Positions 28,365-34,774 of a DNA stretch of 64,000 nucleotides are shown here, piece after piece. The translations under genes were made by a program, and so were the position numbers. Every line of letters begins with the position of its first letter. The first letter of the stretch is position 1. Source of the stretch: Candidatus Humicultor tengchongensis (GTDB lineage Bacteria; Sysuimicrobiota; Sysuimicrobiia; Sysuimicrobiales; Humicultoraceae); NCBI GenBank assembly GCA_031459715.1, contig JAVKIA010000008.1, forward strand, positions 5,186-69,185, read 5' to 3'. The notes beneath the pieces were generated by a model. The model did no database searches, was not told where the DNA came from, and was given only the letters and a program-made list of their open reading frames with translations.

Positions 28365-28787
28365 CTAGAAACTGCAGCCCTGGTTGGAGTCGCCGTTGGT
28401 GCTAAGGACGACCGAACACGAGTCGGAGCTACCCACGGGGAATCCGCTGGACTGCCCAACAGCCTGCCACGTAATAGACGAAGCGCTACCTCCGCCAGCC
28501 GACACCGTCGGCGTCTGCCAGGCTGACCCGGCGGGCATCTGCAGGGCGATGTCGGTGATGTCGTCAGGGAAGACATTGTGCTCCTGGTAGTAGGCCCAGG
28601 AGAGCGTCTTCGCCTCCTGGAGGATGTTGTCGATCTCCGCCTTGTAGGCGCGCTTGCGGGCGCCCAGGTAGCGCGGCACGGCGAGCGCAAGCAGGATACC
28701 GAGAATGGCCAGCACGACCACCAGCTCGATGAGGGTGAAGCCCCCCTCGGCGGTGCGCCGCTTTTGGTCGACGAAGAACCGAAGCAA
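28365..28787 (-). CDS. pilA: Type IV major pilin candidate (copy 1)
   Basis: TTG start lies 8 nt after GGGAGGT. The leader is MLRFFVDQKRRTAEGG|FTLIELVVVLAILGILLALAVPRYLGARKRAYK. The Ser/Thr/Gly-rich C-terminus has a Cys pair (DSCSVVLSTNGDSNQGCSF). Confidence 0.9.
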   Translation of the reverse strand: MLRFFVDQKRRTAEGGFTLIELVVVLAILGILLALAVPRYLGARKRAYKAEIDNILQEAKTLSWAYYQEHNVFPDDITDIALQMPAGSAWQTPTVSAGGGSASSITWQAVGQSSGFPVGSSDSCSVVLSTNGDSNQGCSF

Positions 28788-29014
28788 GATACCTACCTCC
28801 CTTCAGTGCTTATTGGCGGTTTGTCATAGCTCAAGTCGGTGAAGGCCCCGGCACAACGCTCCCCTCAACACACCCACCTCCCCTTCCGGCCGATCCTTGG
28901 GGTTCACCACCCTCCTATGCCCGGATCGGCATCGACCTAGACATTTTTTGGGAGGGGGCTCCGGCGAGCCGACTCCTGAATACCCGGGGCGGAGGCTCTG
29001 GCTCGCGAGAAAGC

Positions 29015-29473
29015 CTAGAAGTTGCAGCCCTGGGACGCCGACCCGTCGGTGCTCAGCGTCACGGAGCACAGGTCCGCGGGTCCCACGAGGGCCCCGCCGG
29101 AAAGGCCGCTGGTGGTCCAGGTAATGAAGGTATCGCTGCCCCCTCCGGCGGCCACGATGGGCGTGTTCCAGACCGCTCCGGCGGGCATCTGGAACGGGAT
29201 ATCTGCCGGTGCGGTGGGGAAGAACTCGTGCTCGTGGTAGTAAGCCCAGGAGAGCGTCTTCAGCTCCTGCAGCAGGTGGTCAGCCTCGCTCTTGTAGGCT
29301 CGCTTGCGGGCGCCCAGGTAGCGCGGCACAGCCAGCGCCAGCAGGATCCCCAGCACAGCCAGCACCACCACCAGCTCGATGAGGGTGAAGCCCCCCTGGG
29401 CGGTGCGCCGTCTTTGGTTGTGGAAGCCCCCTGGGGTGGTGCGCTGTCTTCGGTTGAGGAAGAACGTAAACAC
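29015..29473 (-). CDS. pilA: Type IV pilin paralog (copy 2) with a duplicated leader segment
   Basis: ...NRRQRTTPGGFHNQRRRTAQGG|FTLIELVVVLAVLGILLALAVPRYLGARKRAYK. The C-terminus is ...DLCSVTLSTDGSASQGCNF. The GTG start lies 4 nt after the pilC stop. Confidence 0.85.
   Translation of the reverse strand: MFTFFLNRRQRTTPGGFHNQRRRTAQGGFTLIELVVVLAVLGILLALAVPRYLGARKRAYKSEADHLLQELKTLSWAYYHEHEFFPTAPADIPFQMPAGAVWNTPIVAAGGGSDTFITWTTSGLSGGALVGPADLCSVTLSTDGSASQGCNF
29387..29458. repeat. Tandem 36-nt duplication (about 30/36 identical) inside the pilin copy-2 leader coding region
   Basis: gaagcccccctgggcggtgcgccgtctttggttgtg (29387-29422) compared with gaagccccctggggtggtgcgctgtcttcggttgag (29423-29458). 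Confidence 0.85.
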
Positions 29474-29477
29474 GTCC

Positions 29478-30710
29478 CTACTTGATCCCCCCGCCCGTGG
29501 CCAGGGAGAAGATGGGCAGGTACAGCGAGATGACCATGGCGCCCACCACCACGCCCATGAAGATGATCAGCATCGGCTCGAGCAGCGAGGTCAGGCTCTG
29601 CACCGTGGTCTCCACCTCTACGTCGTAGAAGTCGGCCACCTTCTCCAGCATCTGCTCCAGTTGCCCCGTCTCCTCCCCCACCTTGGCCATCTGCACCACC
29701 ATGGGCGGGAAGACCCCGGAGAACTGCAGCGGGATGGCGATGGTCTGCCCCTCCCGGATGCTGGCGCGCACCGCGTCCACCGCCTCGCCGATCACCGTGT
29801 TGTCGATGGCCTTGGCCACCACCTCCAGGGACTGCATGATGGGCACCCCGCTGGCAATGAGCGTCCCCAGGGTGCGGGAGAAGCGGGCCACCACGATCTT
29901 GCGGTTGAGGTCGCCCAGGGCCGGCAGGCGCAGCTTCAGCCGGTCGTAGCGGGCCCGCCCCTGGGGGGTGCGCAGGTAGCGGCGCAGGCCCCAGACCAGC
30001 AGGATGATGCCCCCAAAGACCAGGTACCAGAAGCGGCGGATGACCACGCTCGTGGCCATGGCGATCTGCGTGGGCAGCGGCAGGCTCCCCTCCCCGCCCA
30101 GCTCCCGGAAGAGGTTCTGGAACTGGGGGAGAATGACCACGGTCATGAACATCAGCCCGCCCAGTGCCGCCACGGTGAGCAGGGCCGGGTAGACCATGGC
30201 CGCCTTCACCTTCTGCCGCAGCGCCTGCTCCTTCTCCAGGAAGGTGGCGATGCGGTTGAGGACCTCGTCCAGCACCCCTCCGGTTTCCCCGGCCTTGACC
30301 ATGTTCACGTAGAGGCTACTGAAGACCTTAGGGTGACGGGCCAGGGCCTCGGAGAGGGGGCGGCCGGCCTCCACGTCCAGCCGCACCTGTGCTGCTACCT
30401 CGCGCAGCTTCTTGTTGGAGGTCTGCTGTTCCAGGATGGAGAGCACCCGCACCAGAGACAGGCCGGCGTTGACCATGGTGGAGAACTGGCGGGAGAAGAT
30501 GGCCAGGTCCTTGAGGCCCACGCCGAACATCCCCTGCAGCAGCTCGCCCACGTCGCGGCGCTCCTGGGCCCGTTCCAGGTTGGTGATGAAGAAGCCCATC
30601 TCCCGCAGGCGGTCCACCACCACCGCATCGTTGTCCGCCTCGATGGTCCCGGCGATCACCCGCCCTGTGGGGTCCTTGGCGCTGTAGCGGAATACGGCCA
30701 TTGCCCTCAC
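29478..30710 (-). CDS. pilC: Type IV pilus platform protein PilC (GspF family)
   Basis: Two GspF repeats (LSRQFSTMVNAGLSLVRVLSIL...; FSRTLGTLIASGVPIMQSLEVV...) and three TM segments. Confidence 0.92.
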   Translation of the reverse strand: MRAMAVFRYSAKDPTGRVIAGTIEADNDAVVVDRLREMGFFITNLERAQERRDVGELLQGMFGVGLKDLAIFSRQFSTMVNAGLSLVRVLSILEQQTSNKKLREVAAQVRLDVEAGRPLSEALARHPKVFSSLYVNMVKAGETGGVLDEVLNRIATFLEKEQALRQKVKAAMVYPALLTVAALGGLMFMTVVILPQFQNLFRELGGEGSLPLPTQIAMATSVVIRRFWYLVFGGIILLVWGLRRYLRTPQGRARYDRLKLRLPALGDLNRKIVVARFSRTLGTLIASGVPIMQSLEVVAKAIDNTVIGEAVDAVRASIREGQTIAIPLQFSGVFPPMVVQMAKVGEETGQLEQMLEKVADFYDVEVETTVQSLTSLLEPMLIIFMGVVVGAMVISLYLPIFSLATGGGIK

Positions 30711-30716
30711 CTGCCC

Positions 30717-31904
30717 TTATGATCGCACCCGCAGGCGCACCGCCGGCTCCGGCTCCTCGCCGCCCGCCTCGCGGATCATCTTGCGCAGCTCTTCCGGGTG
30801 GATGGCCCGGCCGATGGCGTCCTCGTAGGTGATCAGCTTCTTCAGGTAAAGGTCGCGCAGCGACTGGTCCATGGTCTGCATGCCGTACTGCACCCCGGTC
30901 TGGATGGCTGTCTCGATCTGGTGGGTCTTGGCCTCGCGGATGAGGTTGCGTATGGCCGGGGTGGCCAGCATCACCTCCACCGCGGGGACCCGGCCGATCT
31001 CGTCCAGGGAAGGCCAGCCCCCCCGCGATGCGCTTCCCAGGCGGGATCGGGTGACCCGCCCCTCGGCCCTGGCGGCGTTGTAGCGGGCGTTGGCCAGCAA
31101 CTGCTGGGAGATCACCGCCTCCACCACGCTGCTGAACTGAATTCGGATCTGCTGCTGCTGGTGGGGCGGGAAGACGTCGATGATCCGGTCCACAGACTGG
31201 CTGGCGTTGGCCGTGTGCAGCGTGGCGAAGACCAGGTGCCCGGTCTCGGCGATGGTCAGAGCGGCGGCGATGGTCTCCAGGTCACGCATCTCCCCGATGA
31301 GCACCACGTTGGGGTCCTCCCGCAGCACCGCCCGCAGGGCGTTGGGAAAGGACTGGGTGTCGAAGCCCAGCTCCCGCTGGTTGACGATGGACTTCTTGTG
31401 GGTGTGCAGGTACTCGATGGGGTCCTCGATGGTGACGATGTGCACGCTGCGCTCGCTGTTGATGAAGTCGATCATGGAGGCCAGCGTGGTGGACTTGCCA
31501 TGCCCGGTGGGGCCGGTGACCAGCACCAGGCCCCGGGGCTTGCGGGTCAGTTCTTTGAGGATGGGGGGCAGGTTCAGCTGCTCCACGGTGGGGATGCTCA
31601 TGGGGATGACCCGGGCGGCGATGCCCACCGCCCCCCGTTGCCGGTAGATGTTCACCCGGAAGCGCCCCAGCCCGGGGACCCCGTAGGAGAGGTCCAGCTC
31701 CCAGAACTTCTCAAACTTCTGCTTCTGGAAGGTGTTGAGCATGCTGTAGCCAAGCTGGAAGGTGTCCTCAGGGGTCAGCACCTCGTACTGCTCCATGGGC
31801 TGCAGCTTCCCCCACACCCGCATGGTGGGCTTGATGCCCGCGGTGAGGTGCAGGTCCGAGCCCTGGTTCTCCACAACCTCGCGCAGCAGGTCGTCGATGT
31901 GCAT
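30717..31904 (-). CDS. pilT: Twitching-motility retraction ATPase PilT (with an insertion of about 30 aa)
   Basis: GSDLHLTAG, GPTGHGKST (Walker A), VVLIGEMRDLET, AETGHLVFATLHT and ATPAIRNLIRE are present. Confidence 0.9.
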   Translation of the reverse strand: MHIDDLLREVVENQGSDLHLTAGIKPTMRVWGKLQPMEQYEVLTPEDTFQLGYSMLNTFQKQKFEKFWELDLSYGVPGLGRFRVNIYRQRGAVGIAARVIPMSIPTVEQLNLPPILKELTRKPRGLVLVTGPTGHGKSTTLASMIDFINSERSVHIVTIEDPIEYLHTHKKSIVNQRELGFDTQSFPNALRAVLREDPNVVLIGEMRDLETIAAALTIAETGHLVFATLHTANASQSVDRIIDVFPPHQQQQIRIQFSSVVEAVISQQLLANARYNAARAEGRVTRSRLGSASRGGWPSLDEIGRVPAVEVMLATPAIRNLIREAKTHQIETAIQTGVQYGMQTMDQSLRDLYLKKLITYEDAIGRAIHPEELRKMIREAGGEEPEPAVRLRVRS

Positions 31905-31954
31905 GGCTGCCCCTCCCTGGATTCCTGTCGTCGCTCCTCCTCGAAGGCCGCGCC

Positions 31955-33805
31955 TTACTCCTCTACGAACACCACGCGGAGGACCTCCTCCAGCGAGGTG
32001 GTACCGTTCAGGACCTTGGCCAGCCCGTCGGTCTGCAGGGTGCGCATCCCCGCGGCGATGGCCGCTTCCTTGATCCGCCCGCTGGGCGCCCGGTCGACGA
32101 TCAGCCCCTTGATGGTATCGTCTACGGGCATGATCTCAAACAGCCCCGTCCGCCCCCTGTAGCCGATGTTGCTGCAGTACTCGCAGCCAGTGGCCCGGTA
32201 GAAAGTGGGCACCGGAGCTAGGTCGGCCAGCCCCACCCGCTTCAGCATCTCCGGGGTGGGGACATAAGACTGCTTGCAGTGCTGGCAGAGCACCCGCACC
32301 AGGCGCTGGGCGATCACCCCGATCACCGAGGAGGAGACCAGGAAGGGCTCGATCTCCATGTCCACCAGGCGGGTCACCGCCCCGGCAGCGTCGTTGGTGT
32401 GCAGGGTGGAAAGCACCAGGTGCCCGGTGAGGGAGGCGTGGATGGCGATCCTGGCCGTCTCCTCGTCGCGGATCTCCCCCACCATGATGATGTCCGGGTC
32501 CTGCCGCAGGAAGGCGCGCAGCCCGGTGGCAAAGGTCAGGCCGGCCTTGGGGTTGATCTGCACCTGGGCGATCCCCGGGAGCTGGTACTCCACCGGGTCC
32601 TCGATGGTGGTGATGTTGACCTCCACCTTGTTCAGCCGGTTGAGGATGGCGTACAGGGTGGTGGTCTTGCCGCTTCCGGTGGGGCCGGTGAGCAGGATGA
32701 TCCCGTGGGGCCGGGTGATGATGCGCTCGAAGCGCTGGTGGTCCTCCGGCAGCAGGCCCAGCTTCTCGATGCCCACAAAGGCCCCCTGTTTGTCCAGGAT
32801 GCGCATGACCACCTTCTCCCCCCAGACGGTGGGGATGGTGGAAACGCGCAGGTCGATGTCCCGGTTGTCCACCCGCATCTCGATGCGACCATCCTGGGGG
32901 ACGCGGCGCTCGGCGATGTTCATCCCGGCCATGATCTTGATGCGGGAGACCAGGGCCGCCTGCACGTGTTTGGGGGGCGTCATCACCGAGTACAGGGCCC
33001 CGTCGATGCGGTAGCGGATGCGCACCCGCTGCTCCTGCGGTTCCACATGGATGTCGCTGGCCCCCTGACGGATGGCCTGGACGATAACCTGGTTGGCCAG
33101 GCGGACGATGGGCGCGTCCTCGGCCACGGCGCGCAACCGCTCCGTGGCCACCTCCTCCTCGTAGGTCTCCGCGGGGCGGATCTCCGCCAGCGTCTGGTCC
33201 ACCCCCACGGGGTACTGGCTGAGGGCGCGCTGGAAGGCGTCGGGGGTTATCACCACCGGACGGATCTCCAGGCCGGTGAGCTTGCGCAGGTCGTCCAGGG
33301 CCACCACGTCCAGCGGGTCCTCCATACCCACCACCAGGCTGCTGTCGTCGGCGCTGATGGGGATGACGTGGTGACGGCGGGCGATATGCTCGGGGACGCG
33401 GAGCAGTACGTCCTCTTCCAGCAGGACGTCCGCCAGGTTGACGAAGTCGATGCCCAGTTGCTTGGCGATGGCCCGGGCGATGTCCTCCTGAGAGGCCAGG
33501 CCCATGCTCATGATCACCCGGCCCAGGCGCTCGCCTGTTTCCTTCTGCTGCTGCAGGGCGCGCTCCAGCTGGGCCTCGGAGAGGAGGCCGGCTTCCACCA
33601 GGATCCGCCCCATGGGCACGCGTCTGCGCATCGGGGCAACTCGCCGGGGATGACCCCGCAAAGCCTCAGTATAGCGACCGGGGCCGCCACTGTCCCGGGA
33701 CGGCGGAGCCGCGGGAGCGGCGTCTCCCCCCGCGACGTCCACCTCCACCCTGCGGGAGGTGGCCTGCCCGTGCGGGTCACGCACGGTGATGTTCAGCTCA
33801 GCCAT
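31955..33805 (-). CDS. pilB: Type IV pilus extension ATPase PilB/GspE (copy 1) with an MshEN-type N-terminal domain
   Basis: GPTGSGKTTT, IMVGEIRDEETA, LTGHLVLSTLHTN and the tetra-Cys motif CQHCK...GCEYC are present. ATG at 33805 follows GGCGGAGGG. Confidence 0.92.
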   Translation of the reverse strand: MAELNITVRDPHGQATSRRVEVDVAGGDAAPAAPPSRDSGGPGRYTEALRGHPRRVAPMRRRVPMGRILVEAGLLSEAQLERALQQQKETGERLGRVIMSMGLASQEDIARAIAKQLGIDFVNLADVLLEEDVLLRVPEHIARRHHVIPISADDSSLVVGMEDPLDVVALDDLRKLTGLEIRPVVITPDAFQRALSQYPVGVDQTLAEIRPAETYEEEVATERLRAVAEDAPIVRLANQVIVQAIRQGASDIHVEPQEQRVRIRYRIDGALYSVMTPPKHVQAALVSRIKIMAGMNIAERRVPQDGRIEMRVDNRDIDLRVSTIPTVWGEKVVMRILDKQGAFVGIEKLGLLPEDHQRFERIITRPHGIILLTGPTGSGKTTTLYAILNRLNKVEVNITTIEDPVEYQLPGIAQVQINPKAGLTFATGLRAFLRQDPDIIMVGEIRDEETARIAIHASLTGHLVLSTLHTNDAAGAVTRLVDMEIEPFLVSSSVIGVIAQRLVRVLCQHCKQSYVPTPEMLKRVGLADLAPVPTFYRATGCEYCSNIGYRGRTGLFEIMPVDDTIKGLIVDRAPSGRIKEAAIAAGMRTLQTDGLAKVLNGTTSLEEVLRVVFVEE

Positions 33806-33902
33806 GATCCCTCCGCCGGATGCCTCCGGGTGCTCGCCGCCCGCCGCCTCCGCTCATCGCCGCTGCCCGGGCAATGCTGCAGGGGAATTCCCGGACATGC
33901 GG

Positions 33903-34169
33903 CTAGGGGGCGCGCCAGAGGAAGACGTTGGGCTCGCTGGTGGGCTCCAGAGTCCCCTCGCTGGCCCGGACCTCGAAGGTGAGGGCGTCGTTTTCCGGGT
34001 CGCGGGCCACGATGGTCACCCGGGCCACCCCGCCCGAGGGCACCACCGGCGGGTCGATGATCACGTGCTCGATCACCGGCGGCTCGTCGATCGCCCCGCG
34101 GGCGTCCGCCACCGAGATGTTGCCCACGGCGTCTCGCACCGTCACGCTGAACGTCACTCCCTTGGCCAT
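33903..34169 (-). CDS. Small hypothetical beta-rich (Ig-like?) protein
   Basis: ATG at 34169 follows GGGAGGGAG. MAKGVTFSVTVRDAVGNISVADARG...VARVTIVARDPENDALTFEVRASEG. No signal peptide is evident. Confidence 0.45.
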   Translation of the reverse strand: MAKGVTFSVTVRDAVGNISVADARGAIDEPPVIEHVIIDPPVVPSGGVARVTIVARDPENDALTFEVRASEGTLEPTSEPNVFLWRAP

Positions 34170-34235
34170 CGTTCTCCCTCCCACAGTCCCGGTCGCAGCC
34201 CGCTGGCCCGGCCGGATCTGGTTGCCGCAGCCTCC

Positions 34236-34475
34236 CTAGGAGGCCTCGCGCTCCAGCATCATCACCACCTGCTGCCGGTTGAGCAGCGCCACCGGCGCCT
34301 CGTAGAGCAACTGCCCGTCCAGGGTGTAGACGCGGGCGTTGGTTATGGGCAGGAAGTCCCGCGCCTGGTTCAAGCGGTCGGAGATGCGGGCGGTCGGGGG
34401 CAGCGGCAGCTCGCCGTCAATGCGGTGCAGCAGGGTCCAGACCACGATAGGCTGGCGCTCCAGTTGGATCTTCAC
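34236..34475 (-). CDS. Small hypothetical protein, translationally coupled to the MerR gene
   Basis: GTG overlaps the MerR stop (GTGA) and is preceded by GGAGGGGAGG. 79 aa, family not recognised. Confidence 0.5.
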   Translation of the reverse strand: MKIQLERQPIVVWTLLHRIDGELPLPPTARISDRLNQARDFLPITNARVYTLDGQLLYEAPVALLNRQQVVMMLEREAS

Positions 34476-34750
34476 CGGCCTCCCCTCCCCTCGGCGGCCA
34501 GCTCCGCCGGTGGATGGGCCTGCAGCACCCGCTGGATGCCTTTCAGGCTCATCCCCCGGTCGACCATGGCCTTGATCCAGCGGATCCGTTCCACGTCCTC
34601 CTCGGAGAAGAGGCGGTGCCCGCCGCCGGTGCGCGCCGGCGCGATGAGGTGGTACTGCTCCTCCCAGGCCCGGATCCGCCGGGGGTTGACGCCGGTGAGC
34701 TGGGCCACCGTGCGGATGGGGTAGATGGGCGCTTCCCGGTCCACGATCAT
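34472..34750 (-). CDS. Short MerR-family HTH transcriptional regulator (no effector domain)
   Basis: YPIRTVAQLTGVNPRRIRAWEEQYHLIAPARTGGGHRLFSEEDVERIRWIKAMVDRGMSLKGI is a MerR-type HTH plus wing. GGAGGA lies 9 nt before the ATG. Confidence 0.85.
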   Translation of the reverse strand: MIVDREAPIYPIRTVAQLTGVNPRRIRAWEEQYHLIAPARTGGGHRLFSEEDVERIRWIKAMVDRGMSLKGIQRVLQAHPPAELAAEGRGGR

Positions 34751-34774
34751 GTCCCTGTCCTCCTCGCGCCGCCT

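Noticed and set aside
28788-29014. Possible c-di-GMP-II-like riboswitch in the 227-nt leader of pilin copy 1 (GGGCAT ... ACAAACCGCC).
   Set aside because: There is only a loose resemblance to the GGGCAC / AACCGNCC elements of the class II aptamer. I cannot reconstruct the pseudoknot or kink-turn by eye, so this needs cmsearch (RF01786) before any claim.
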